Assembly (NCBI GenBank): GCA_036275535.1
Contig: DASUDP010000085.1
Location: 14,674 to 78,673, forward strand
Source of the DNA: Acidimicrobiales bacterium
Lineage (GTDB): Bacteria > Actinomycetota > Acidimicrobiia > Acidimicrobiales > VFJN01
Length of the DNA: 64,000 nt
Reading direction: 5' to 3'
Numbering within the stretch: the stretch's first letter is position 1; each line of letters begins with the position of its first letter. Shown here one piece after another: positions 1-11,221 of this stretch. A program made the position numbers and the translations under genes. The notes under the pieces are model-generated. The model was not told the origin of the DNA and ran no database searches. It saw only the letters and a program-made list of their open reading frames with translations.

Positions 1-173
1 ATGTGGTCCGTGAGCCGGAAGACGCCGGGCCCCTGGTCCGTCTCGTAGGCCCGGATGCCCTCGAACACGCCCATCCCGTAGTGGAGGCTGTGCGTCAGCA
101 CATGGATGCGGGCCTCCTCCCAGGCGATCATCTCGCCGTTCATCCAGATCTTCTCGGTGGGGGTGATGGGCAT
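1..173 (-). CDS. ilvE: branched-chain amino acid aminotransferase, N-terminal 57 codons only (gene runs off the left edge)
   Basis: Too short for the ORF track. My translation of the minus strand from ATG at 173 gives [57 protein letters not shown], the conserved class IV aminotransferase (IlvE) N-terminus. It starts 37 nt downstream of the leuB stop. Confidence 0.8.
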   Translation of the reverse strand, partial: MPITPTEKIWMNGEMIAWEEARIHVLTHSLHYGMGVFEGIRAYETDQGPGVFRLTDH

Positions 174-210
174 CGGGGCTTCCTTCTCGGTCGTTGGCGC
201 GCGGTGGGCG

Positions 211-1191
211 CTAGAGGCGGGCGGCGACCTTGTCGCCGATCTCGGAGGTGGTGCCGGTGAGATCGGCGGTGTCCTCGCAGGCCTTGCGGACCCGGTCGGC
301 AGCATCGGTCTCACCGAGGTGGTCGAGCATGAGCGCCGCGCTGAGGATGGCGGCGACGGGGTTGGCCTTCTGCTGGCCGGCGATGTCGGGCGCCGAGCCG
401 TGCACGGGCTCGAACATCGACGGGCCCGTGCGGGAGGGGTTCAGGTTGGCGGAGGCGGCGAACCCGATCCCCCCGGATACCGCGCCGCCGAGGTCAGTGA
501 GGATGTCGCCGAAGAGGTTGTCGGTGACGATCACGTCGTACTCGTGGGGCGACTGCACGAAGTAGATGCAGGCGGCGTCGACGTGGTTGTAGGCGGTGGT
601 GACGTCCGGATGCTCGGCTGCCACCTCGTTGAAGGTGCGCTCCCACAGGTCGCCGGCGAAGGTGAGGACGTTGGTCTTGTGGACGAGCGTGAGGTGCTTG
701 CGGTCGCGCCGCTCGGTCAGGTCGAAGGCGTAGCGGATGCAGCGCTCGACGCCCATGCGCGTGTTCACCGACCCCTGGGTGGCCACCTCGTGGGGGGTGC
801 CCTTGCGGAGGCTGCCGCCCTCGCCGGCGTAGGAGCCCTCGGTGTTCTCCCGGATCACGACCATGTCGATGTTGCTGGGCAGGTACCGGAAGGGCCGCAG
901 GTTGATGTACTGGTCGAGCCCGAAGCGCATCTTGAGCAGCAGGCCCCGCTCGATGATGCCGGGGGGCACGGCCGGGGTGCCGACGGCGCCGACGAGCAGC
1001 GCATCGAGCCCGCGCCACTCCTCGAGGATCTCGTCGGGCAGGACGGTGCCGTCGCGCAGGTACCGGCCGCCGCCGAGGTCGTAGTCCACGGTGTCGAGGT
1101 CGACGCCGGCAGCGCGCACCACCTTGAGGGCCTCGGCGGTGACCTCCGGGCCGATGCCGTCGCCGCCGATGACTCCAACCTTGTGACCCAC
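211..1191 (-). CDS. leuB: 3-isopropylmalate dehydrogenase
   Basis: 326-aa ORF with [20 protein letters not shown] and [10 protein letters not shown] motifs typical of isocitrate/isopropylmalate dehydrogenases. GTG start, with SD GAGGGAG 6 nt upstream. Confidence 0.95.
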   Translation of the reverse strand: MGHKVGVIGGDGIGPEVTAEALKVVRAAGVDLDTVDYDLGGGRYLRDGTVLPDEILEEWRGLDALLVGAVGTPAVPPGIIERGLLLKMRFGLDQYINLRPFRYLPSNIDMVVIRENTEGSYAGEGGSLRKGTPHEVATQGSVNTRMGVERCIRYAFDLTERRDRKHLTLVHKTNVLTFAGDLWERTFNEVAAEHPDVTTAYNHVDAACIYFVQSPHEYDVIVTDNLFGDILTDLGGAVSGGIGFAASANLNPSRTGPSMFEPVHGSAPDIAGQQKANPVAAILSAALMLDHLGETDAADRVRKACEDTADLTGTTSEIGDKVAARL

Positions 1192-1213
1192 GGGAACTCC
1201 CTCGCTAGAACGG

Positions 1214-1238
1214 AAAAACCGCCCACCAGGGTGGACGG
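1214..1238 (-). terminator. terminator-like hairpin plus T5 run immediately upstream of leuB (candidate attenuator terminator)
   Basis: Minus strand reads CCGTCCAC-CCTG-GTGGGCGG then TTTTT. The stem is 8 bp with one mismatch. No co-directional upstream gene exists for it to terminate. Confidence 0.5.
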
Positions 1239-1269
1239 TCAGGACAGCGCACGCCGAGCTCGGCGTGCG

Positions 1270-1308
1270 CTACACGATGATGATTACGGCCTGGGCGGTC
1301 ATCGACAT
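1270..1308 (-). CDS. candidate leader peptide MSMTAQAVIIIV (Val/Ile-rich) of a leuB-ilvE attenuator
   Basis: Minus strand reads ATG TCG ATG ACC GCC CAG GCC GTA ATC ATC ATC GTG TAG. The stop abuts a perfect 24-nt palindrome at 1247-1270 (GCGCACGCCGAGCTCGGCGTGCGC). Confidence 0.45.
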   Translation of the reverse strand: MSMTAQAVIIIV

Positions 1309-1405
1309 CTCGGGAAGTGTCGTCCTCCCTGGTCCTGCGAGTCAAGGCGCGCGGAGCGTGGCCGGACGGCCGGCACCGGCGCCGCGAGGCTGGCAGGCTG
1401 CGGGG

Positions 1406-3312
<1,907 letters not shown>

Positions 3313-3315
3313 GCC

Positions 3316-3464
3316 CCGTCGCGTGCGCAGAGCCACCTGCGTGCGCAAACCGACCCCCGACGACGTCCTGCGCACGCGACCCCGGCCCAGCTCCGCCGCC
3401 CGTCGCGTGCGCAGAGCCACCTGCGTGCGCAAACCGACCCCCGACGACGTCCTGCGCACGCGAC
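3316..3464 (+). repeat. tandem duplication (84-bp period) of a 64-bp hairpin-forming element, repeat family 1
   Basis: 3317-3380 and 3401-3464 are identical: CGTCGCGTGCGCAGAGCCACCTGCGTGCGCAAACCGACCCCCGACGACGTCCTGCGCACGCGAC. The unit ends form a perfect 13-nt inverted repeat. Confidence 0.9.
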
Positions 3465-3558
3465 ACCGCGCGGCCACAGCAGCCGGGGGCCCTCGGACCG
3501 CACCGAGCCGGTGCAGTACGGTCCGCCGCGCACCGACCGCGCCACCAGGGGGAATCGC

Positions 3559-5097
3559 ATGCGCACACCGCTGACCATCGGGGGCCACCTCGACCGGGCC
3601 GCGCTCGTCTACGGCGACCGGACCGGGATCATCGACGAGCCCGACCCGCCGGGGGGCGGTCTGGGGCAGCTCACCTACACCCGGATGCGGGACCTGGCCC
3701 GCGCCCAGGCGGCGGGGCTCGACGCCCGGGGCATCGGGCGGGGCGAGCGGGTGGCCGTGCTGTCGCAGAACAGCGGTCGGCTGCTGACGTCGTTCTTCGG
3801 GGTGAGCGGCTTCGGGCGGGTGCTCGTGCCGATCAACTTCCGCTTGTCCCCCGCCGAGATCGAGTACATCCTCGGCCACTCGGGTTCGTCGATGCTGCTG
3901 GTCGACGAGGAGCTGGCTGACGCCGTCGCCCACCTCGACGTCGAGCACCGGATCGTGATGGGGACGGCCACCGACGCGGAGGTGTTCCCCGAGGGCGCGG
4001 AGCCCCAGCCCTGGGAGGACCAGGACGAGGACGCCACCGCCACCATCAACTACACGAGCGGCACCACGGCCCGCCCGAAGGGCGTGGAGCTGACCCACCG
4101 GAACCTCTGGACGAACTCGTCGATCTTCGGCTGGCACACTGGCGTCAACGATCGGGACGTGTTCCTCCACACCCTGCCGATGTTCCACTGCAACGGCTGG
4201 GGCATGCCCTACGCCCTCACCGCGATGGGCGTGCCGCAGGTGGTGCTGCGCAAGGTCGACGGCACCGACATCCTCCGTCGCATCGACGAGCACGGCGTCA
4301 CGCTCCTCTGCGGGGCGCCCGCCGTCGTGGCGATGGTGCTCGATGCCGCGGCCACCTGGGACGGGCCGATCCCCGGTGCGGGCCGCACCCGGGTCGTCGT
4401 GGCGGGGGCGCCGCCGCCCACCCGGACGATCGAGCGGATCGAGACCGAGCTCGGCTGGGAGATGATCCAGATCTACGGGCTGACCGAGACGGCCCCGCTG
4501 CTCACCATCAACCGGCGGCGCCAGGAGTGGGACGACCTCACCCCCACCGACCGGGCGTCGCTGCTCTCCCGGGCCGGGGTGCCCGCCGTCGGGATCGACG
4601 TGCGCATCAGCGACCAGGGTGAGGTGCTGGCCCGGGGCAACCACATCCTGAAGAGCTACTGGGAGCAGCCCGACGCCACCGCCGACGCGCTGGAGGACGG
4701 CTGGTTCCACACCGGCGACGGCGGCACCATCGACGAGGGCGGCTACCTCAGGATCAGCGACCGCAAGAAGGACATCATCATCTCGGGGGGCGAGAACGTG
4801 TCGTCCATCGAGGTGGAGGACGCCCTGTTCTCCCACCCGGGCGTGGCCGAGGTGGCGGTCATCGGTGTTCCCCACGAGAAGTGGGGGGAGACGGTGAAGG
4901 CCCTGGTGGTGCTGACCGAGGGCCAGACGGCCACCGAGGACGAGCTGCGGGCGTGGTGCAAGGAGCGCCTGGCCGGCTACAAGTGCCCCACCTCGATCGA
5001 CTTCGTCGACGAGCTCGCCCGCACCGCCACCGGCAAGCTCCAGAAGTTCAAGCTGCGGGCCCCCTACTGGGAGGGCCGGGACCGGCAGGTGAACTGA
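3559..5097 (+). CDS. AMP-dependent acyl-CoA synthetase/ligase
   Basis: Motifs YTSGTTARPKGV, GLTE, TGD and ISDRKKDIIISGGENV. I chose the ATG at 3559 (MRTPLTIGG...) because of SD AGGGGGAA just upstream. The ORF track starts earlier, at 3511. Confidence 0.9.
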   Translation: MRTPLTIGGHLDRAALVYGDRTGIIDEPDPPGGGLGQLTYTRMRDLARAQAAGLDARGIGRGERVAVLSQNSGRLLTSFFGVSGFGRVLVPINFRLSPAEIEYILGHSGSSMLLVDEELADAVAHLDVEHRIVMGTATDAEVFPEGAEPQPWEDQDEDATATINYTSGTTARPKGVELTHRNLWTNSSIFGWHTGVNDRDVFLHTLPMFHCNGWGMPYALTAMGVPQVVLRKVDGTDILRRIDEHGVTLLCGAPAVVAMVLDAAATWDGPIPGAGRTRVVVAGAPPPTRTIERIETELGWEMIQIYGLTETAPLLTINRRRQEWDDLTPTDRASLLSRAGVPAVGIDVRISDQGEVLARGNHILKSYWEQPDATADALEDGWFHTGDGGTIDEGGYLRISDRKKDIIISGGENVSSIEVEDALFSHPGVAEVAVIGVPHEKWGETVKALVVLTEGQTATEDELRAWCKERLAGYKCPTSIDFVDELARTATGKLQKFKLRAPYWEGRDRQVN

Positions 5098-5126
5098 CGC
5101 CGACGTCCCGGTAGCCTTGATCGGCT

Positions 5127-5594
5127 ATGGCGCAGACGCACCACCTCTCCCAGAAGGCCTACGACCGGCTCAAGGCCGAGCACGACGAGCTCACCACGGT
5201 CGGTCGGGTCGAGATCGCCCGCAAGATCGAGGCCGCCCGGGAGCTTGGCGACCTCAAGGAGAACGGCGACTACCACGCCGCCAAGGACCACCAGGGCCAG
5301 ATGGAGGCCCGGATCCGGCAGCTGGCGGCCATGATCGAGAACGCCGAGATCGTCGAGGGCACCGACGGCGACTTCGTCGAGCCGGGTTGCGTGGTCGAGC
5401 TGCGCTACGAGGGCGACGACGATGTCGAGAAGTTCTTCTACGGCTCCGTGGAGGAGCGAGGCGTCGAGCACGACATCATCAGCCCCGGGTCGCCGCTCGG
5501 CGAGGCCCTGGTCGGCAAGAAGCCCGGGGAGAAGGTGGCCTACGAGTCCCCCACCGGCGCCACGCTGACCGTCGAGGTCGTCAGCATCGCGTGA
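5127..5594 (+). CDS. greA: transcription elongation factor GreA
   Basis: 155 aa with the ELGDLKENGDYHAAKDHQGQMEARI coiled-coil signature and a C-terminal FKBP-like domain. Confidence 0.93.
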   Translation: MAQTHHLSQKAYDRLKAEHDELTTVGRVEIARKIEAARELGDLKENGDYHAAKDHQGQMEARIRQLAAMIENAEIVEGTDGDFVEPGCVVELRYEGDDDVEKFFYGSVEERGVEHDIISPGSPLGEALVGKKPGEKVAYESPTGATLTVEVVSIA

Positions 5595-6427
5595 GCACCC
5601 GAGACGGGCCGCGACTGCTCGACGGCGGGCCGCTCGAGCTGCCCGGTCGCGGCACCACGTTCGTGCGGCACCACCCCGCTCCCGCCGGGGCGCCCACCGT
5701 GCTCCTCCTCCACGGCCTCGGGGCGACGGCCGACGCCAACTGGTTCACGGCGTACCCGGCGCTGGCCGAGCGCTACGGCGTGGTGGCCATCGACCACCGG
5801 GGGCACGGGCGCGGCATCCGCTCCTCCCGGCGGGTGCGGCTGGCCGACATGGCCGACGACGCGGCAGCCGCCCTCGACCAGCTCGGCATCGAGCAGGCGG
5901 TGGCGGTGGGGTACTCGATGGGCGGCCCGGTGGCCCAGCTCCTCTGGCACCGCCACCGGCCCCGCACCGCCGGCCTCGTGCTGTGCGCCACCGCCCACCG
6001 CTTCCGCGGCATCGAGCCCCTCCGGGACCTCGGCCCCACGATGGTGCAGCGGCTGCGGGCCGGCGCCGCGGCGCCCGCCCGGCGGGGCCGCCTCGATCCG
6101 GCGTTGCGCCGCTGGCTGGGTGCCGAGCTGGCCCGCACCGACCGCCGGCGGGCCGTACAGGCGGGCTTCTCGCTGGTCCGGTTCGACGCCAGCGCCTGGA
6201 TCGGCGAGGTCGACGTCCCCCACGCCGTCGTCGTCTCCACCCGTGACGCGGCGGTCACGCCGGCCCGCCAGCGCCGCCTGGCCGCCGCCCTCCCGGCGCC
6301 GTCGGTGCACGAGGCCGCCATCGACCACACCGGCTGCGTCACCCGACCGGCCGCCTTCGTGCCCGCCCTCCTCGACGCCCTCGGTGCGGTAACGGCCAGC
6401 ACGACCACCGGCTCCACCGCAGGCTGA
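5591..6427 (+). CDS. alpha/beta hydrolase fold protein
   Basis: Motifs LLLHGLGATAD and GYSMGG (nucleophile elbow). GTG start overlaps the greA stop (GTGA). The 5' part of ORF 5117..6427 is a shadow of greA. Confidence 0.8.
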   Translation: MSTRDGPRLLDGGPLELPGRGTTFVRHHPAPAGAPTVLLLHGLGATADANWFTAYPALAERYGVVAIDHRGHGRGIRSSRRVRLADMADDAAAALDQLGIEQAVAVGYSMGGPVAQLLWHRHRPRTAGLVLCATAHRFRGIEPLRDLGPTMVQRLRAGAAAPARRGRLDPALRRWLGAELARTDRRRAVQAGFSLVRFDASAWIGEVDVPHAVVVSTRDAAVTPARQRRLAAALPAPSVHEAAIDHTGCVTRPAAFVPALLDALGAVTASTTTGSTAG

Positions 6428-6452
6428 CAGCGCGCCGCCTGGAGGTGGAGGC

Positions 6453-7097
6453 TCAGCCGAGCGCGGCGGCCGCCTCCACCCGGCGGGCCGCCTCGGCGAC
6501 GGCCGCGCCGTACTTGCGCCCCGGCTCGGCGGACAGGCGCTGGATCGGGCCGCTGACGGACACCGCGGCCACCACGCCACCGGCACCGTCGTGCACGGGG
6601 GCGGACACGCTGGCCACCCCCTCCTCCCGCTCTCCCACGCTCTGCACCCACGAGCCGCTCCCGCCGGAGAGGACCGTGCCGGCGCTCCCCGCGTCCAGGG
6701 GCAGACGAGCACCGACCGGCACGATCGTGCGCAGCTCCCGGGCCGACTCGATCGACTCGACGCACACCCTGACGTCGCCATCGCGCACGAACAGCTGCAC
6801 GCTCTCCCCCGTCTGCGCGTGGAGCCAGGCGAGGGCGGGCCGGGCGGCGGCCCACACCGGTACGGCCTCGGCGGCTTGGTGGCCGAGGCTGATGAGGCGC
6901 AGGCCGAGGCAGAACCGGCCCCCCGCGTCCCGCCGCAGCACGCCGTGGGCCTCCAGAGCGACGGCCAGCCGGTGGGCCGTGGGCCGGGCCAGGCCGGTGG
7001 CGTCGACCAGCTCGGCCAGCGACCGGGGCGCCGCCTCCACCGCGGCGACCACGGCCATCGCCTTGTCCAGCACGCCCACGCCGCTTACACTGTCCAC
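6453..7097 (-). CDS. IclR-family transcriptional regulator, divergent from leuCD (LtbR-like position)
   Basis: N-terminal wHTH ([24 protein letters not shown]) and a C-terminal IclR effector domain. The 47-nt AT-rich divergent spacer to leuC contains GAGAT-TATT-ATCTC (7103-7116). Confidence 0.85.
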   Translation of the reverse strand: MDSVSGVGVLDKAMAVVAAVEAAPRSLAELVDATGLARPTAHRLAVALEAHGVLRRDAGGRFCLGLRLISLGHQAAEAVPVWAAARPALAWLHAQTGESVQLFVRDGDVRVCVESIESARELRTIVPVGARLPLDAGSAGTVLSGGSGSWVQSVGEREEGVASVSAPVHDGAGGVVAAVSVSGPIQRLSAEPGRKYGAAVAEAARRVEAAAALG

Positions 7098-7144
7098 GCA
7101 GCGAGATTATTATCTCAACATGTAAGACACAAGAGGATCCCGCC

Positions 7145-8545
7145 ATGGCCAAGACGCTCTCCGAGAAGGTCTGGGACCGCCACGTCGTGCACTCCGCACC
7201 GGGCGAGCCGGACCTGCTCTACATCGATCTCCACCTGGTGCACGAGGTGACCAGCCCCCAGGCCTTCGATGGCCTCCGGCTGGCCGGGCGGCGGGTGCGC
7301 CGGCCCGAGCTGACCGTCGCCGTCGCCGACCACAACGTCCCCACCGAGGGCATCGACCAGCCGGTGGCCGATCCCATCTCGGCCAAGCAGCTCGAGGTGC
7401 TGGCCGCCAACACCGCCGAGTTCGGGGTCACCCACTACGGCATGGGCGATCCCCACCAGGGCATCGTGCACGTCATCGGCCCCGAGCAGGGCCGCACGCT
7501 GCCGGGCATGACGATCGTGTGCGGCGACAGCCACACCGCCACCCACGGCGCCTTCGGCGCGCTGGCCTTCGGGATCGGCACGAGCGAGGTGGAGCACGTC
7601 CTGGCCACCCAGACGCTCCCTCAGTCCCGTCCGGGCACCATGGCGGTGACGGTCGACGGCGAGCTTCCCGCCGGCGCCACGGCCAAGGACATCATCCTTG
7701 CTGTCATCGGCCGCATCGGCACCGGCGGCGGCGTCGGCTCGATCATCGAGTACCGGGGCAGCGCCATCCAGGCGCTGACGATGGAAGGGCGGATGACGGT
7801 CTGCAACATGTCGATCGAGGCCGGCGCCAAGGCGGGGCTGATCGCCCCCGACGACGTCACCTTCGCCTACCTCGAGGGCCGCGAGCACGCCCCCCAGGGC
7901 GCCGCCTGGGAGGCCGCCGTCGCCGACTGGCGCAGCCTCGCCAGCGACCCCGACGCCACCTTCGACGAGGAGGTCGTCCTCGACGCCTCCCAGATCACGC
8001 CCCACGTCTCCTGGGGCACCAACCCGGCCCAGGTCATCCCCCTCACCGGCACGGTCCCGTCCCCGGACGACTTCGCCGATCCCGTCGAGCGCCAGGCCGC
8101 CGTCCGGGCCCTCGAGTACATGGGCCTCTCGGCGGGCACCGCGATGCGTGACGTGCCCGTGGACACCGTGTTCATCGGCTCGTGCACCAACTCGCGCATC
8201 GAGGACCTGCGAGCGGTGGCCGAGGTGGCCGAGGGCCGCCAGGTGAAGGCCGGAGTGCGCACGCTCGTGGTGCCGGGGAGCTTCGCCGTGAAGCGCCAGG
8301 CGGAGGCGGAGGGCCTCGACAAGATCTTGACCGCCGCAGGCTTCGACTGGCGCGAGCCGGGCTGCTCGATGTGCCTGGCCATGAACCCCGACAAGCTGGC
8401 CCCCGGTGAGCGGTCGGCGTCCACCAGCAACCGCAACTTCGAGGGCCGCCAGGGCCGTGGCGGGCGCACCCACCTCGTCTCCCCCGCCGTCGCGGCGGCC
8501 ACCGCCATCGCCGGCCACTTCGCCCTCCCGGAGGACCTCGCCTGA
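7145..8545 (+). CDS. leuC: 3-isopropylmalate dehydratase large subunit
   Basis: 466 aa with aconitase-family motifs ([38 protein letters not shown]). Confidence 0.97.
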   Translation: MAKTLSEKVWDRHVVHSAPGEPDLLYIDLHLVHEVTSPQAFDGLRLAGRRVRRPELTVAVADHNVPTEGIDQPVADPISAKQLEVLAANTAEFGVTHYGMGDPHQGIVHVIGPEQGRTLPGMTIVCGDSHTATHGAFGALAFGIGTSEVEHVLATQTLPQSRPGTMAVTVDGELPAGATAKDIILAVIGRIGTGGGVGSIIEYRGSAIQALTMEGRMTVCNMSIEAGAKAGLIAPDDVTFAYLEGREHAPQGAAWEAAVADWRSLASDPDATFDEEVVLDASQITPHVSWGTNPAQVIPLTGTVPSPDDFADPVERQAAVRALEYMGLSAGTAMRDVPVDTVFIGSCTNSRIEDLRAVAEVAEGRQVKAGVRTLVVPGSFAVKRQAEAEGLDKILTAAGFDWREPGCSMCLAMNPDKLAPGERSASTSNRNFEGRQGRGGRTHLVSPAVAAATAIAGHFALPEDLA

Positions 8546-9135
8546 TGGAAGCCGTCCACATCGTCCAGGGCACCGCGGTGCCGCTTGACCGCTCTGACGT
8601 CGACACCGACCAGATCATCCCCGCCGAGTGGCTGAAGCGCGTCGAGCGCACCGGCTTCGGCCAAGCCCTCTTCTCCTCGTGGCGGGACGACCGCAGCTTC
8701 GTCCTCAACGACGAGCGCTACGCCGGGGCCACCATCCTGGTGGCGGGGCCCAACTTCGGCACCGGCTCCTCTCGCGAGCACGCCGTGTGGGCCATCCAGC
8801 AGTACGGCTTCCAGGCCGTGGTCAGCCCGCGCTTCGCCGACATCTTCCGCAACAACTCCACCAAGAACGGCCTCATCCCCGTGCAGGTGAGCCCCGAGGT
8901 GGGCGAGCAGCTGCTGCGGGCCATCGAGGCCGACCCCAGCCTGGAGCTGACGATCGACGTGGAGCGCCGCACCCTCGCCGCCCCCGCCATCGGGCTGGAG
9001 GTGGAGTTCCCCCTCTCCGACGCCATCCGTGAGCGCTTCCTCGAGGGCCTCGACGACATCGGCCTCACCCTGCGGGTCGAAGAGGACATCACCACCTTCG
9101 AGCAGCACCGCCCCGCCTGGATGCCCTCGGCGTAG
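8545..9135 (+). CDS. leuD: 3-isopropylmalate dehydratase small subunit
   Basis: 196 aa with GPNFGTGSSREHAVWA. ATGA overlap with leuC. Confidence 0.96.
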   Translation: MEAVHIVQGTAVPLDRSDVDTDQIIPAEWLKRVERTGFGQALFSSWRDDRSFVLNDERYAGATILVAGPNFGTGSSREHAVWAIQQYGFQAVVSPRFADIFRNNSTKNGLIPVQVSPEVGEQLLRAIEADPSLELTIDVERRTLAAPAIGLEVEFPLSDAIRERFLEGLDDIGLTLRVEEDITTFEQHRPAWMPSA

Positions 9136-9165
9136 CCCTCCGCCCGCCGGCCGTCCCGTGAGAGG

Positions 9166-11148
9166 ATGACCGACGTGGCCATGGGCGGCGTCACGGATCC
9201 CCAGAGCGAGCTGGCGCTGGCCGACGAGGCCCTGCAGCGCGGCGACCGCGACGCGCTCGTCGCCCACCTCTCCGCCGCCGTGCGCTCCTTCACGGAGCGA
9301 GGCGAGCTCGGCCGGGCCGGGCTGGCCGCGGCCCGGCTGGGCGACGCCTACGCCAACTGGATCGGCAACCTGACCGCCGCACGGGCCTGGTTCGCCCGCG
9401 CCGACCGCCTCGTGGCGGACGAACCGCCCTGCATCGAGCAGGGATGGGTGGCGGTGGCACCCATGGGCTGTGACGTCGACGACCCGGATGAGCTCCTCGC
9501 CCGGGCCGAGCGGGCCCTGGCGGTGGCCCGCCAGTTCGGCGACATCGACCTCGAGACCAAAGCCCTGGCCGACGGCGGGCTGGCCCACGTGCAGGCCGGC
9601 CGCGTCGAGGAGGGCTTCCGTCAGCTGGACGAGGCGATGGCCCTGGCCTGCGCGGGGGCCGACGATCCGCGGTCGACCGCCCAGTCGGTCTGCTCCTTCT
9701 TCACCGCCTGCTACCACGCCGCCGACTTCGCCCGAGCCGGCACGTGGTCCACGACGCTCCGCCAGCACGGGATGCTCGGCCCGCACGCCCCGGGCCCGGC
9801 CTTCCTGAGCAGCCACTGCGACAGCGTGCAGGCCGCACTCCTGCGCGAGGTGGGCCGGTGGGGCGAGGCCGAAGCACTGCTCGTACGGGCGACGGCCGAG
9901 TTCGAGGCGGTCATGGGGCAGCCGAGCTGGCACCCGGCCATCGAGCTGGCCGACCTCCGGGTCAGCCAGGGCCGGCTCGTCGACGCCGAGACCCTCTTGC
10001 TCGGCAAGGAGGGTTCGATCCAGGCCCTCCTCCCCGCCGCCCGCCTCCACCTGGCCCGGGGTGACTCGGAGCTCGCCATCGCCACCGCCCGCCGCGGTCT
10101 CCGGGCGGTGGCCGGCGATCGGCTCCGCGCCGTCGAGCTCCTCGGCGTCGTGGTGCGGGCCGCCCTCGCCCGCGGCGACCTGGACGGAGCCCGGGAGGCG
10201 GCGGCCACCCTCGCGCAGCGAGCCGACGACCTCGACTTCCCCGTGCTCCGGGCCCGCGCCGACTCGGCCCGGGCGCTCGTCCTGGCCGCCGAGGGGGACC
10301 ACGCCGGCGCCCTCGAGCTCCTGCTGGCGGCCCTGGATCGGCTCCTGCGGGCCGATGCCCCGTGGTGCCGGTTCGTGCTGCACGTCGAGGTGGCGCGCCT
10401 CCTCGAGGCGACCGGCGACCACGCCGGTGCCGTCGTCGAGGCGCAAGCGGCGGCCGAGCTGCTGCACCCGCTGGACGTCGTCGTGCGACCGGCAGACCAG
10501 GACCTGCTCGACCGGCTGCTCGGCCCGACCACGATCACCACTGCACCCGGCGCGGCCAGGCCGTCGCCCCAGGCTGCGCTGGCCTGCCTGGCGCGCCAGG
10601 GGGGCGCCTGGGTCGTGAGCCACGGGGGGACCTCCGCCCGCCTGCCCGACACCAAGGGCTTCGGCTACCTCGCCGGGCTGCTCGCCCAGCCGGGCGTCGA
10701 ACGGCACGTCCTCGACCTGGTCGACCTCGTCGAGGGCGTCGCCGCTCCGGACACGGGCCTCGACCGGCGACGCCTCGGCGACGCCGGACCCCTCCTCGAC
10801 GCCGGCGCCCGCACGGCCTACCGCCGTCGCGTCGAGCAGCTCCGCAGCGAGATCGACGACGCCTTCGCCCGGGGCGACGAGACGGCCGCGCTGAGCCTGC
10901 AGGACGAGCTCGACGCCCTGGTCGCCGAGCTGGCCCGCGCCTACGGCCTCGGCGGCCGATCGCGCTCGGCGGCGTCAGCGGCGGAACGGGCTCGCCTCAA
11001 CGTCACGCGAGCCCTGCGGACCGCCACCCGCCGGGTGATCGAGGTCCTCCCCGAGGCGGGCGCCGCCCTCGACCGGCAGATCCGCACCGGCACCTACTGC
11101 ACCTACGACCCCGGGCCGGCCGACGAGGTGAGGTGGCGGCTCGGCTGA
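9166..11148 (+). CDS. TPR-like repeat protein with a conserved actinobacterial C-terminal module, function unknown
   Basis: 660 aa. An Ala/Leu-rich helical-repeat N-terminal two thirds is followed by a C-terminal segment (ARLPDTKGFGYLAGLLAQPG..HVLDL ... AAERARLNVTRALR ... IRTGTYCTY). I recognise this segment from many uncharacterised actinobacterial regulator-like proteins. No HTH is evident. Confidence 0.6.
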   Translation: MTDVAMGGVTDPQSELALADEALQRGDRDALVAHLSAAVRSFTERGELGRAGLAAARLGDAYANWIGNLTAARAWFARADRLVADEPPCIEQGWVAVAPMGCDVDDPDELLARAERALAVARQFGDIDLETKALADGGLAHVQAGRVEEGFRQLDEAMALACAGADDPRSTAQSVCSFFTACYHAADFARAGTWSTTLRQHGMLGPHAPGPAFLSSHCDSVQAALLREVGRWGEAEALLVRATAEFEAVMGQPSWHPAIELADLRVSQGRLVDAETLLLGKEGSIQALLPAARLHLARGDSELAIATARRGLRAVAGDRLRAVELLGVVVRAALARGDLDGAREAAATLAQRADDLDFPVLRARADSARALVLAAEGDHAGALELLLAALDRLLRADAPWCRFVLHVEVARLLEATGDHAGAVVEAQAAAELLHPLDVVVRPADQDLLDRLLGPTTITTAPGAARPSPQAALACLARQGGAWVVSHGGTSARLPDTKGFGYLAGLLAQPGVERHVLDLVDLVEGVAAPDTGLDRRRLGDAGPLLDAGARTAYRRRVEQLRSEIDDAFARGDETAALSLQDELDALVAELARAYGLGGRSRSAASAAERARLNVTRALRTATRRVIEVLPEAGAALDRQIRTGTYCTYDPGPADEVRWRLG

Positions 11149-11221
11149 TCCGTTCCGGTCGGGGACGACATCGTTCAGCGCGAGCTGAACAGCGGCGTCC
11201 CGTGGTGAACGCCACCGGGGC

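Noticed and set aside
1247-1270. The GCGTGCGC/GCGCACGC motif is shared between the family-1 repeats and the hairpins of the leuB and ilvB leaders (also 39959-39986), which suggested a common regulator site.
   Set aside because: An 8-mer of this composition is expected roughly ten times by chance on both strands of 64 kb at this GC content. The leuA leader hairpin lacks it. I treat it as coincidence unless a genome-wide enrichment test says otherwise.
3316-3464. Tandem repeats with a spacer, considered as a possible mini-CRISPR array (also 29767-29916).
   Set aside because: Each locus has only two units. The units are 64 nt long and the spacers only 16-20 nt. No cas genes are present, and the same unit occurs singly elsewhere. 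This is not CRISPR architecture.
7103-7116. GAGAT-TATT-ATCTC in the IclR/leuC divergent spacer, considered as the IclR operator.
   Set aside because: The arms are only 5 bp, in the single AT-rich patch that must also hold two promoters. This is plausible but not supportable from sequence alone, so it is mentioned only in the IclR evidence.
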